From positions 1-64,000 of the IMG/VR virus record IMGVR_UViG_3300014836_000320: a stretch of 64,000 bases of DNA; one strand, given 5' to 3'. Source of the DNA: a virus (taxonomy: Duplodnaviria; Caudoviricetes). This document shows, one piece after another, positions 30,001 through 40,900 of the stretch. Position numbers and translations under genes: made by a program. Each line of letters begins with the position of its first letter. Position 1 is the stretch's first letter. The notes under the pieces are model-generated. The model did not search any database, had not been told where the DNA came from, and worked only from the letters and a program-made list of their open reading frames with translations.

Positions 30001-33000
30001 TGGATGGAGCATTGATGGCTGACACATCTGCCATCAGAAGCACTTGGTTAAAAGAAAGAGTTAATCCCACTTTAACAGAAGCCTTGGCCAGTAGAAGCAT
30101 GACCAGTTGGCGCTGGTTTAGAAAATTTATTTCGCTGTTGGATCGCTACAACAAAATGTATGATCTAGACAATGAATTGCCGCGGCTGACCCTTGATCGA
30201 ATGTTAGAAGAAATGAACACAGGTATCAATTATAGTGTGCCTGATGCAGTTTCTGGTATGGCGTTTAACACCAATGACATGAACATGGCGTCATACATTG
30301 CCAATGGTCAAACAAGTTTTGCTATCAACACCGGTAGCCAAGAGTTTTACAGGGGAGTATATGGTCCTGATCACGTTTATGTGTATGTCAACAATATCTT
30401 ACAGCACACCGGCTATGCCATCGTTGGCCAAAATGTAGTGTTTGATGTTGCGCTGGCAACAGATGATCAGGTTTCAATTTACCACAGTGGAGAAGAATTC
30501 ATATATGCTGGCATTCCTGCCAGCCCAGCAAAATTGGGCCTAGGTGGAGTGTTTAAACCGCAGTTGATTAGAGAAACCTGGGGAAATTACGATCGTGTCT
30601 TGATTCAATGTCACGATGGCAGTAAAATTGTTGCCTTTCAAGAAAACTGGTTCAGCAACGGCGATCCCAGAGATGCTGTTATCCTGGAACTAGAAAGAAG
30701 AATTTATGCTGGATGTGTCAACAGAATAGGTGATCCAACACGCCAACGTTTGTCAACATACATCTATGGTCAAGAAGCCAGTGCTGATCGAGCCTTGGCA
30801 GAACTACAATGGTTTTTTGCAAACAACATTGATTACAAAGAACGCACTGACTTTATCAACGACAATCCATGGACATGGAACTACAGCGGTAAGAGTTGGC
30901 GTCGACTTTATCTTGATGAGTTTGGCACAGTCCAGCCTCACAGTCATCCTTGGGAGATCCTGGGCTTTGATGAAAAACCTGTTTGGTGGGACACACACTA
31001 TTCTTGGACAGATCCTGTAAAACGTGCCAACTTAGAAATGGCTCTCATGGGAGGAAAAATCTCTGAGCCAGGTCAGCCTGTCACTTACGATTTCCGTGTG
31101 CGTAGACTTTCAGCACTGGGCTATCCTGTGGGAAGCCTAGGGCAACTGTTAAACCCTGTTGAGTGGGGCTTGCCTTCGCCCAGCGTTGATCAAGCACGTC
31201 AACCGTGGGACATTGGCAGTTATGGTCCTGCTGAGGATGTATGGCTAAGAACTGGCGCCGGCATGTGGGCCGCTTGCATTGACAAAGCCAGCGATCTCAA
31301 GACTGCCAGCGAATTTGTTGAAACTGGCATCAATCCTTTTATCAAACCAAATATCAATAACTCACCCAAGGTTTTAGGTGATACATCATTGGCACCCAGC
31401 AATTTTGTGCAGGCGAGACCAACCATTGGTATTGGTGCAGTATTGTTTGAAACCAATCGAGAACTGAATTTGTTAGGCGAATCTCCGCTACTGGAAATGT
31501 CACTGATTCAGCCAGTGCTACAGTTTAGCGTGGGTGGATTTACAGATTCCACTGTGCGGTTTAGAATGTATCACACAAGATACCAGTCTGGCAATTATGT
31601 GCCAGAAGAAGACTTTGGCCTAACCCTAGACAGCGGTGTTGCTGAACACCAGGTTCGATATAGTGCAGTTCGTGTTGAAAAAGACGGCACAGGATTCAGA
31701 GTTTATGGTTTTGATCCCGAATACCGATATTTTGAAATCCTAGAACCCATTAAAGAAAACCCCAGCGGTGGTATCACTGGCTCATACCAGAATGTGTTTT
31801 CAACACCCACAGGTGATTACGTTGACTACAGTCAATGGAAACCCAATGCAGTCAAGGTTCCTTATGGTTCATTGATCAACAGCAAACAAGACTTGTTTGA
31901 CTTTTTTGCAGGCATGAACGAACTACAATCACAACGAGGATTGATTTTTGATCAACTCAATGATCGTGGAACTGTCAACAACTGGAAACAAGCGGCCATT
32001 GATGCCCTATCTTGGATTGACGAAAACTGGAGTGAAGAACACTTTTGCGTTGTTGAACCAGCCACTGCTGCCGGCGGATTCAAGTTTCATCACGCAGAAG
32101 GCCAACTTGATCAACTCAATTCAGACTTGCTCAAACGCGGAAAAATTCTTTTTGCCACAGGCAAAATTGCACAAGGCTCAGATCTGTTGACCACAAGAGA
32201 TTATGAAGAAAACACAGATTTGATTCAATCTCTCAATGATGAACAAGTTATTTTTGCGGATCTAAAAATCCGCAAATATGATCATGTATTTTTCTTCAAC
32301 TCTAAAACAAGATTCAATGATCTCATTATAGATCATGTCACTGGACAGCGATTGGATTATATTGGCATTGTTGGACGTAGAACTCGTGGATGGGACGGGC
32401 GTTATCAAGCCAATGGTGTATTGCCTACATTTACTGGTCTGCTACCAGGATTTGATGCACTGATCAATGACATCGTTGAAACTCGCAGACCTGAGAAATC
32501 ACAATTTGACAACTTCCTAGGCAGACTGTCTAAATCAAACGTTGTGCCAGTAAAAACCACTGTGCTCAGTGAAGTTATTCCTGATGCGGGTGTTGAATTT
32601 TTATTCAGACAGGGTCTACAAAGTGCTTCAGGCACCAACTTGGCCATCACAGCATTTTTCCGAAATGCCAATATTGATATTCCTGGCCGTAGCCAAGACA
32701 TCAACGTCAACGAACAATGGCTGTTTGCCAGCGGAGAGTTTGGCAGACTAGGCAACAGAAAAATCTGGGAAATTGAACTCAGAAAAGAAGATTTGATCAA
32801 CGACCGTCAAGTGATTAGATTCCTTGAAGGAAGAACAGATGTTGACCTACGCAGTGACAACATCATTGATATTATTGGCCCTAGAGACCCTCGCTGGATC
32901 AATCGTGATAGTTTTGATATACGTTTTGAAAAAGTAGCCCGTGCTGACATAGAGCAACAAAAACTTGCCACTATACAAAAGTGGTTGCCCAGTGCCGGTG

Positions 33001-36000
33001 TTGCCAACATTGATCAAACTGATCTCAAGGCCAGAGATTTAAATCAACTGTCCAATGGACTGGCGTTGGACAATGAAAAAGTTCAACATCTACTGTCAAT
33101 TCTAAGTTTCAGCAAGTTCAGAAACTATGAGCCAGAAGATCTTGTTTGGAACGATGGCGCTCTTTACAAGTGTGTGACAAAAGTCCAAGGCGGAGAAAAT
33201 ACCGCTTGGGATCCTGATCAGTGGACAATCTACAATGTAGAAGCAACATTGTTGCCTCCAAACATTTGGGTCAGCGATTACAATTTCAAAAACCCGTTCT
33301 CAGAAACAACTCCTCCTGGAGATGCTGACGTTGTAGGCTGGAACGTGCTACAGTTGGTAGGTCCCACTTATGTTGAAGAATGCTGTCCAAATGCTATTCA
33401 GACAGGGTTAAATGAAAGCAAAGTTACTTTTGGTAGCCCGCATCGTTTGACCACAGGAGATGTATTCCTAATGGTAGGAGCCAATGACGGCAACTACGAC
33501 AAGTTCCACACAGTCAAAGATCGTGTTGATGACTACAACGTATTGATTGAAGGTCGTAGCACCAGCAATACACCTATTTTTAACCTAGTGGTATTCAAAC
33601 TAACTTCAATGAAGTTTGGTTCTGTTGAAAGTCTACAGGCACAGTTAAATGGCGTTGAGGGTCTTAAAGAAGGCATGAAAGCCTTTGTAGAACCTGACGG
33701 AAGTCCCGACGGCGAATACATTGTTTACAAGTATACCAATCAAGGTAGCGTGTTCTCATGGCAACGTGACGAAACCTATACCACTGTTGCTGCCGCAATG
33801 GTCAATACACAAACCATTGAAAGTGTAACATTGTTGGATTCTGCCAATGAAAATATGTTGGCCACAGTTGAAGTATTTGATCCTTACAAGGGTCTTACCA
33901 TTGACGAGGTGGCAAGATTCATTGACTACAGAGACGGTGTTGATCCTGCAATCTACAACACAGATGACCTGGGTTTACCTGATCCAGATGCTGTCAACGT
34001 ATGGAACAATCAACACTTGGGTAGAATTTGGTGGGATACCAGTCGTGTTCGTTACTTTGAATACGAACAAGGCGACATCAATTATCGTGCCCGTAATTGG
34101 GGACAACAGTTTGACGGCAGTGAAGTGATAGTATATGAGTGGGTTCGTTCTGAACAATTGCCCACAACAGATGATGAACCAATGGCAAGACAAGACACCA
34201 GCAGTGGTGTTGGTGTTGTCAGATACAATGCCATTGAAGAAATTGAAACCACTGGTGCCACTCGCATATATTATTACTACTGGAAAAAGAATGTTTCTGA
34301 GTTGCCGGCCAACAGCAGTAGACGCTACAGCGCCATTCAAATACAAACAGTATTAGACAATCCAGACGTTGCTGGTGTGACCTGGATGAGCCCCATTGAC
34401 AGTAATGCGCTGATTATTTCAAATATTAGACAATACCTTACTACGCGAAACAGCGTGATATTACGCATTGAACAAAAAGACACACCAGAACAACAGCACG
34501 AAACAGGCATTTTGGTCAGCGAAGGCTTTACTGGTGACGTTGTTCCTGAGTATCTGTTCCGTAGACTTCGTGTAAGCCTGACAGGCCGAGACAATTTTAG
34601 AAAGTCATACCCGCTCAACACATGGCGTGAGAACACCGCCTATGAAGTTGGTGCTTATGTAATCAAGCAAGACTTCCCAGCAGAAGTTTCTGTGTATGAC
34701 AGTTACAGCACACTGGAGTTGGCCATCAATGGCAATTACGGTGGCAGAGATATTCCCATTATTCAAGTGTTTGATGATGGTAGAGAAGAAGTCAAGAATG
34801 TGTTGCGTCCAAAGTTAACCGGAGATGATTTATCTCCCATTGATGAAAAACTGCATCGTGTGTTTTATGTGGCCAACAGAACAGTTAATCCTGCCAATGA
34901 CATAGAGTCTCTTTGGAGAGTAGTGGCCAACGTTAATGGCGATCGCTTGGTTGTTGACTTGTATTCAGAAAACGAAGAAACAGCCAAACTACAAGTGTTG
35001 ACCGACAACCCAACAGCATCAATTGTTGAGGTCAACGGACTTTACATTTCTTCCACAGACTTTAGGCAAGACTACGTTGATGAAAAAATTGTGGTAAGTG
35101 CCACTAGTGCAATTATTCGAGGAGTTTTGGAAAGCAACGAATATCGTGCTGTGATCAATGCCAGCCGTCGTGTGCCAGATCCAAGGCTACATCCTCTACG
35201 TCGCTACGGCAACAACTACACAGTCATTCCACAAACATGGTTCAAGCACATTCGTGAGTCTCGCAGAAACTTTGTGAGAAGTGCCAATGCATACCTGCTA
35301 AAGATCAATGCAGTTGGCAAAGATCATTGGAATGCACACTTACTGACTTATAAACCTTTGTTTGGTCCATATATCAAGGACCTAACACCATACTGGAGAT
35401 ATGTTGATTATCTGGCCAATGGCTATCAGTATAACACAGAACAGTTTGTTATCAGCGATATTTCAGAAATGTCAGTTGATGGCATTTATGGCGTTGCAGA
35501 CAGTCGTGGTGTCATTGACAAGTCCTTTGTCAAAACAGGCAATGACATTGCCTTGGTATATCAACGCAACGGCACCATTCAATTCAATGATGCAATCTGG
35601 GATGGTAGCCTAGGCGACGCTTGGGACATGGCTCGTTGGGATCAGTATGCCTGGGACGAAGACAACAGCGAAGTGGTAAGAAGTCTAATCACCGCATTGC
35701 GTGAAGACCTTTTTGTGGAAGATGATCTGGGCTACTTTAATCTATTCTTCTTTGACATGGTCAAAGAAAGCCTGAGACAAATCCCCAACGCAAATTGGGT
35801 GTCAAAAACCACCTATTTGAACATCAGTCAAGTGTCAACCAATGATCTAACACCTGTGGGTGTTTACTTTGATCGCAGAGATGTGTTTGTTAAAAACTAC
35901 ATCAACGAAGTTAAACCTTACCACAGCAAGATTGTTGACATCAACCAAAGTCTAAGTAGCAACGAAAACATCACAGTCAACATTGAAGAAACGCTGGTAT

Positions 36001-36056
36001 TGTCCATTGAAGAAAATGGCACAACAACTGCTCAAACCCTGGCCGAAGGCGGCTGA
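27063..36056 (+). CDS. Giant virion structural protein (2997 aa), probable gp7-like baseplate wedge
   Basis: Follows gp6; INPDKFVNWSNYYW near N-terminus and YINEVKPYHSKI near C-terminus. Confidence 0.65.
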   Translation: MQKDPKQFTGQVPENNTYPGQRKEGRVAPLAIDLLPLVFRTDTNKKIFGAALEDMFQPSSIENVNYAVGQPSGNAGISQEFLPRKNSRRQFETGLLVQDSTGTRVLTADDIALSQGFSDQHLNEKQVPVSVLDLPINPDKFVNWSNYYWLEEGMPTLYIVGTSLEDGGVISIVNDIIGKKNYTIPTQTNGRSVELKNGMRVVFQKTYPNRNNIDGNTSEQHVADGSNQLDFQHEMTQQYNKSKISIYVDGVLKTVNTDYAYTLGSIIWREGSIPAAGAVVDIDLPDYWVTEETIPPEQPKMDRRWQVEGVGSPSGIRLLPRSHQTTTTVYSSTIQSLWDQTTIPWDRIEWDGDIPGINKKHYVLQNTGASNRSAFSRVNVWIHRDTILTVCNYLNIKTEELIDDRKRALRPILEFDHRLELFNHGTKFRHWVDAVVDSRFSIIPVNPGSIGPFTLIGQPLTKLLVYTCFNAISSQSNAITARAVLDKLALALDNNDDEALNEFALGFEANDRTLVIETLLNIKTILRNVRQGKLSNVQRRVLWIIEGAWQNKIITFKTNDDNIVVGFEVESANDGDATVVLPGSGFESMMEYQWINGQVVPAQTRLTPVQKPLYNIYTRDQLSMTEWYQVNGVKPTKLNSTIIEFLEEDDPIDTESGYKLSFLASKFKSLDPNTPAANPMYDIQFKHTLQDKIYYLTSAVTDKEIPGPYSFRRLQSVITEQEQSVNEGLSFGYRRAWFRLRSWVINTHSLDKHIVGSVSRIAIDAHAWPTYEWNICYENNMPMVCHSDNLEYAVENLVVAGRGENLKLNTIGVNTIDIFNKNTQTNVMSGSTNGHGQITVFIPADIEAGFYELHFNGETKVNLLIIDPAADPRAPAIKVNGIDDTNYSFIVGRGIDNYATNLTIEFNSISGIAEIKHQGEFTSKSDHATAIPGIELNPLQIVELGTFTPSRLVKGMQRTIKANDIQENLIWTLSPQIPALDGALMADTSAIRSTWLKERVNPTLTEALASRSMTSWRWFRKFISLLDRYNKMYDLDNELPRLTLDRMLEEMNTGINYSVPDAVSGMAFNTNDMNMASYIANGQTSFAINTGSQEFYRGVYGPDHVYVYVNNILQHTGYAIVGQNVVFDVALATDDQVSIYHSGEEFIYAGIPASPAKLGLGGVFKPQLIRETWGNYDRVLIQCHDGSKIVAFQENWFSNGDPRDAVILELERRIYAGCVNRIGDPTRQRLSTYIYGQEASADRALAELQWFFANNIDYKERTDFINDNPWTWNYSGKSWRRLYLDEFGTVQPHSHPWEILGFDEKPVWWDTHYSWTDPVKRANLEMALMGGKISEPGQPVTYDFRVRRLSALGYPVGSLGQLLNPVEWGLPSPSVDQARQPWDIGSYGPAEDVWLRTGAGMWAACIDKASDLKTASEFVETGINPFIKPNINNSPKVLGDTSLAPSNFVQARPTIGIGAVLFETNRELNLLGESPLLEMSLIQPVLQFSVGGFTDSTVRFRMYHTRYQSGNYVPEEDFGLTLDSGVAEHQVRYSAVRVEKDGTGFRVYGFDPEYRYFEILEPIKENPSGGITGSYQNVFSTPTGDYVDYSQWKPNAVKVPYGSLINSKQDLFDFFAGMNELQSQRGLIFDQLNDRGTVNNWKQAAIDALSWIDENWSEEHFCVVEPATAAGGFKFHHAEGQLDQLNSDLLKRGKILFATGKIAQGSDLLTTRDYEENTDLIQSLNDEQVIFADLKIRKYDHVFFFNSKTRFNDLIIDHVTGQRLDYIGIVGRRTRGWDGRYQANGVLPTFTGLLPGFDALINDIVETRRPEKSQFDNFLGRLSKSNVVPVKTTVLSEVIPDAGVEFLFRQGLQSASGTNLAITAFFRNANIDIPGRSQDINVNEQWLFASGEFGRLGNRKIWEIELRKEDLINDRQVIRFLEGRTDVDLRSDNIIDIIGPRDPRWINRDSFDIRFEKVARADIEQQKLATIQKWLPSAGVANIDQTDLKARDLNQLSNGLALDNEKVQHLLSILSFSKFRNYEPEDLVWNDGALYKCVTKVQGGENTAWDPDQWTIYNVEATLLPPNIWVSDYNFKNPFSETTPPGDADVVGWNVLQLVGPTYVEECCPNAIQTGLNESKVTFGSPHRLTTGDVFLMVGANDGNYDKFHTVKDRVDDYNVLIEGRSTSNTPIFNLVVFKLTSMKFGSVESLQAQLNGVEGLKEGMKAFVEPDGSPDGEYIVYKYTNQGSVFSWQRDETYTTVAAAMVNTQTIESVTLLDSANENMLATVEVFDPYKGLTIDEVARFIDYRDGVDPAIYNTDDLGLPDPDAVNVWNNQHLGRIWWDTSRVRYFEYEQGDINYRARNWGQQFDGSEVIVYEWVRSEQLPTTDDEPMARQDTSSGVGVVRYNAIEEIETTGATRIYYYYWKKNVSELPANSSRRYSAIQIQTVLDNPDVAGVTWMSPIDSNALIISNIRQYLTTRNSVILRIEQKDTPEQQHETGILVSEGFTGDVVPEYLFRRLRVSLTGRDNFRKSYPLNTWRENTAYEVGAYVIKQDFPAEVSVYDSYSTLELAINGNYGGRDIPIIQVFDDGREEVKNVLRPKLTGDDLSPIDEKLHRVFYVANRTVNPANDIESLWRVVANVNGDRLVVDLYSENEETAKLQVLTDNPTASIVEVNGLYISSTDFRQDYVDEKIVVSATSAIIRGVLESNEYRAVINASRRVPDPRLHPLRRYGNNYTVIPQTWFKHIRESRRNFVRSANAYLLKINAVGKDHWNAHLLTYKPLFGPYIKDLTPYWRYVDYLANGYQYNTEQFVISDISEMSVDGIYGVADSRGVIDKSFVKTGNDIALVYQRNGTIQFNDAIWDGSLGDAWDMARWDQYAWDEDNSEVVRSLITALREDLFVEDDLGYFNLFFFDMVKESLRQIPNANWVSKTTYLNISQVSTNDLTPVGVYFDRRDVFVKNYINEVKPYHSKIVDINQSLSSNENITVNIEETLVLSIEENGTTTAQTLAEGG

Positions 36057-36093
36057 TAAAATGGGTTATAATTTAAGCCGCTAAATATCCACT

Positions 36094-36711
36094 ATGAACA
36101 GAATTGACTTACCAGTTAGCATTGAAGGATTTGTCAAGATTATAGATCTTGACACTCAGCAAGTATTACTCGAAGGACGCAATGCTATCCACAAGGAAAA
36201 TATGAGTGTGGCCATCAGCCAAGCATTGACCAACGGAAATGTTGTCAGTGAAATACACTTTGGCAACGGTGCTACAATTACAGCAGTAGATGGGTCAATT
36301 TCTTATCGCCCTGCCAATATTTTTGGTGTGGATGCAGATCTTTACCGCCCAATTTACTATCGTGTTGTTGATCCGCTGGATTTTGACAACGGCGATCCAC
36401 AAAACAACAACGTGCGTGTGCAACACATCAGCGGACTTGCTTACTCAGACATAGTGGTTACAACCACGCTTGACTATGCAGACCCTGGTGTTGACGGCAC
36501 TGGTGGTGGATTCATCAAGAGTTCATCAACTGCACCGTTGGATCAACAGGCCACCAACGGTGCCATGCGCTTTGACGAAATTGGCCTTAAAAGTCGAGGA
36601 ACCACAGGGCTTGATTCTGGTAAACTGTTGACACATTTTAGGTTTCACCCGGTGCAAAAGACTGCTGAACAGAGGATTCAGATTGTCTACACTCTAAGGG
36701 TAAGGGCGTAA
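36094..36711 (+). CDS. Virion structural protein (baseplate/fibre-attachment type)
   Basis: FDEIGL..LLTHFRFHPVQKTAEQRIQIVYTLRV pattern; TAAATA 6 nt before ATG. Confidence 0.6.
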   Translation: MNRIDLPVSIEGFVKIIDLDTQQVLLEGRNAIHKENMSVAISQALTNGNVVSEIHFGNGATITAVDGSISYRPANIFGVDADLYRPIYYRVVDPLDFDNGDPQNNNVRVQHISGLAYSDIVVTTTLDYADPGVDGTGGGFIKSSSTAPLDQQATNGAMRFDEIGLKSRGTTGLDSGKLLTHFRFHPVQKTAEQRIQIVYTLRVRA

Positions 36712-36769
36712 CCATGGGCCTAAAACTAAATAGCGGAATCGAGCAAATTGCTCTAAAAGGACACTAAAA

Positions 36770-37867
36770 ATGGCATATGAAGTTAATAAAACCGATGGTT
36801 CAATTTTGCTCAACATTCAAGAGGGCGAAGTTGATACCACTTATGGTTTAAACTTACTGGGTAAAAACTACCTAGGCTACGGCGAACTGATCGCTGAAAA
36901 CTTTGTTCGTTTGTTGGAAAATTTCTCCAGCACCGACGAACCCTCAAACCCAATTCCAGGACAACTGTGGTTTAGCCTTCCTACCACTGCTGGCCAACCC
37001 AAGCAACTTAAAATTTTCCACGGCAGCGGTGTATGGAAACCACTGGGACATGTATTTGTAGGCAGTGAGCCCAGCCTTGCTAATCGTAGCAAAGGCGACA
37101 TGTGGTTTGATACTGCCAACCAGTCATTGTTGATTTGGAGCGGTTCACGTTGGATTCACTTGAGCAACCTATGGGGTCCGCCAGGTCAAGAAACAGGCAT
37201 GATTGTCAATGAGCCCATCAAGTGTGTCAACGGCAATCTTCATCGTGCCATCAAGTTTAAAGTAAATGGTGTGCTTACAGCAGTATTCAGTTCAGATGCC
37301 GCTTATACACCTGCACCTGCTGGTGAGCAAATTGACGGCTACGACTACACAGAATTCTGTGGTGGTGGCGATGCTGAAGGCGACGAAGGCGACTACAACG
37401 ACACAGGCAAAATTGGCAAAGGTGTTAACCTTAATTCCAGCAGTGACTTTAAGATCCGCGGCGTGGCCATTGAAGCAGAGTTTGCTGACGTTGCTGAGAT
37501 CTATGTTGGTGATGCCGCCTACGAACCTGGCACACTAGTTGGCCTAGGTGGCGCACAAGAAATTACTTCAACCAAGCGTGATGCTGATACCAGCATCTTT
37601 GGTGTAGTGTCAACTCGTCCTGCTTACCTGTTGAATGCCAGAAAGAAATATGTAAAGAACGCACTACCAATTGCTGTGGCAGGTCGTATTCCTGTCAAGG
37701 TGCAGGGTTCAGTGCGTAAAGGTGATCGCTTAGTAGCCAGTGCAACACCTGGTGTTGCAAGATCTGCTACGGAAGCAGATCCAATTTGGAGTGTGATTGG
37801 CCGTAGCCTACAAGATTGGGCCGGCGAAGGCATAGGCAAAGTAGAGGCCACAGTAGGGGTTAGATAA
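36770..37867 (+). CDS. Tail fibre protein with C-terminal chaperone/autocleavage-like domain
   Basis: N-terminal LGKNYLGYGELIAENFVRLLENF; C-terminal AEFADVAEIY..YEPGT..GVVSTRPAYLLN..GRIPVKV. Confidence 0.75.
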   Translation: MAYEVNKTDGSILLNIQEGEVDTTYGLNLLGKNYLGYGELIAENFVRLLENFSSTDEPSNPIPGQLWFSLPTTAGQPKQLKIFHGSGVWKPLGHVFVGSEPSLANRSKGDMWFDTANQSLLIWSGSRWIHLSNLWGPPGQETGMIVNEPIKCVNGNLHRAIKFKVNGVLTAVFSSDAAYTPAPAGEQIDGYDYTEFCGGGDAEGDEGDYNDTGKIGKGVNLNSSSDFKIRGVAIEAEFADVAEIYVGDAAYEPGTLVGLGGAQEITSTKRDADTSIFGVVSTRPAYLLNARKKYVKNALPIAVAGRIPVKVQGSVRKGDRLVASATPGVARSATEADPIWSVIGRSLQDWAGEGIGKVEATVGVR

Positions 37868-37915
37868 TGCCTGTCCAACAGAGCATTAAAGGTAAAGGTT
37901 GGAAGAGCAAATCTA

Positions 37916-40900
37916 ATGGATAAAAAGACCTACATTGTTGCACTCAAAGATGGAGTAGACTACAATCAGTTTTGGACTGAAGTAGAAACGCCTACCACAG
38001 GATTAGCCACGGTTCCTGACCGTGTAGTGGAAATTTCCAATGACAAAACAGGCATTCCTAATTTATGCGAATATTTGTTAACTGATGCGGAAGTATTACA
38101 GTTAAGAAATGATTCAAGAGTAATTTCAGTCGAACTTCCAATAGACAAAAACCCATACATTACTGTTGGGCCTTACAATTTAAATTTTACTAAACCAAAT
38201 GATAATTCAAGCAATGATTCTTATGTAAATTGGGGGTTGCCAAGGCATAGCAATATAAACGATGTTTATGATAGCAATGGAAATGCTTCCAGCGGCTACG
38301 CATATAACATTGACGGCACAGGAGTTGACGTAGTAATATCTGACTCAGGTATACAATGGGATCACCCAGAATTTCAAGATTCAACTGGTGTCAGTAGAGT
38401 TAAACGGATAAATTGGTATCAGGTGACTGGTGTAGCCAATCAAAATGGCGTTAACAGTTATGTAGACACTGATGGACATGGAACGCATGTAGCAGGAACG
38501 GTTGCTGGGAAAACGTATGGCTGGGCAAAAAATTCTCACATTTATGCAATCAAAACATATAACACACAGCAAGGTGACAATATCAATTCTGCAGAAGCAA
38601 TGAGAGCAATATTGCTTTGGCATCAAAGAAAAACTAATCCGTCTGATCCAATTTATACTGGTAGACCGACTGTTGTTAATATGAGTTGGGGTGCTAGCCT
38701 TCGGTTGATAACGGTTGATAACGGAGTAGCGGATCCTACCAATTTAGTATCACTGCTAACATCAACCACTGGCGGAAAATATAGAAATCAAGAGTGGTCA
38801 AAGAATGGATTAGAGACAACATTTACAGACCGTGGAATATTGATTGATGATTTGAACAATCCTATAAACAATCTCTGTTTAAGCAGTATGTTCAATGGAT
38901 TCCCATTACTAAACGATGAAACGGATTCTACATTAAACAGTATGATAAATGCTGGCATAATTGTTTGTATCGCCGGTGGCAATAGCAGTTATAAAGTAGA
39001 TAACCCGTCATCTGATGTTACAAAGGATTTTAATAACTATCTAAATACTAATCTTTCAGGACTTTCAAGCACTGGTAAACTTTATTATCACCGTGGAAGT
39101 AGTCCTACAAAAAATTTAAATTATCCTGCTACGCTAGACGCTATTAAAGTAGGCAACATTGATGCTATAAAGTCAGGCTCAGACGATCAAGCCAATCAAA
39201 GTTCAATGAAAGGGCCAGGCATCGATGTTTGGGCAGCCGGCACATTCATAATGAGTGCAGGTAGCAATAATGATACAAAGGCTAGCCCTTATTTTTTAAA
39301 CAGTTCATATAAACAAAAAAATGATACCGGAACATCAATGGCCAGTCCGCAAGTTGCAGGTATGGCTGCATTGTATTTGCAACAGCACCCAACATCAACA
39401 CCAGCACAAGTTAAAACGGCGTTATTAGCAAATGCTAAAAATACAATTTTAAATACCGGCACAGATAGCGATTACACCAATGGTAGATCATTACTTGGTA
39501 GTGAACCTAACGTCGCCTATATCAATCCTGTTATTCCTTATTACAGGCTGATACCCAGCACTTCAGATGTCAACGAAGGAAATCAGTTTACAGTTGATTT
39601 CACAACTAATCAAGCAGGCACATTTCCTTACCTGATCACTGGAACTATAAATTCAGCAGATTTAAGCGGTGCGCCAATGTCTGGGTCTTTAGCCAATGGC
39701 GATAGATTAACATTCACAGTAGCCGCAGACTCTGTCAGCGAAGGCAACGAAACTTTTACAATCAAACTTCGCAACATCGTGCCTGAAGTAAGTGCTACTG
39801 TAACTATCACAGATACATCAATGGGTCCTCCGCCATATTACTACTTTGAACGTTCTACACCCACAGTTTTTGAAGGTGGCACCTTCACTCTGACATTTAG
39901 AACCAATCAGTCTGGCTACTTCAACTACCAACTAAGCGGAGTGCAAAGCAGTGATCTTGTCAGTGGTGCGTTCCTTGGCAGCGTGGCCAACGGCGACGTA
40001 TTGACATTCAATGTTTCACCAACAGTGGCATTTCCTGGCAGCAGTCAAAGCAAAACATTTAGAATTGATTTGACCAACGGTGCCGCATCATCATCTGTGC
40101 AGATTCAAAATAGTCTACTGCCATTCGGCACACTGATTAGAACGGAATGCCGCGGCTTTGACAAGTATGGCATTTATGCTGATGGTCTAGGTGGTGAATA
40201 CGATCAAATGATCGAAAACAACAGCACCGAATGTGGTTACGTTGGTCCGCCTTCTGTGATATCTATTGTAAATCGTGGTCAAAAAATCCAAGACGAAGTA
40301 TTCAATGGTGTGCTATTGTCAACCAATGAATTATTTGGCGACACTCATGCAGGTGAGGGCCCAAGTGCTGTGCCGGCTGTGCAGGACAATATTCGTTGGG
40401 GCTGGGGCGGAGAAAACATGCCATTAGTTGAACGCGGTGAAAAAATTACAGCGACATTGACCAACGAACTTGTGCATAGAATTAACCTAAGCACACTACG
40501 CACAGCCAGTTCCGATCAAGAACTTGTTGTTGTGGCCCGAGGTGAAAAAATCACTGCTGAGTTCCTTAATACTGCATCAACATTGTTGACAGGTGCAAGA
40601 GAACTTCGCAACGTTGTTGATCCTGCTTTTACAGAGTTGTCAACACTGGGCACATATCCTTCAGATACCGAATGGCAAAATAAACTGGAAATTGTGTTGG
40701 AATATGCCTTTGGAGATTTTGGCACCTATGAAAGTGCTAGACACTTTTTCAATGCTGGTGGAGATCTAAGATTTGCACTGGGATTGGCCAATGGTTACGG
40801 CAACGGGTATCATACTTGGCGTTGTATTTTCCAAGACATGGGCACCGTTCGTTTTAACATTGAAACTGCCAACAGTTTGAACACTCGCGGTGTCAGTCAA

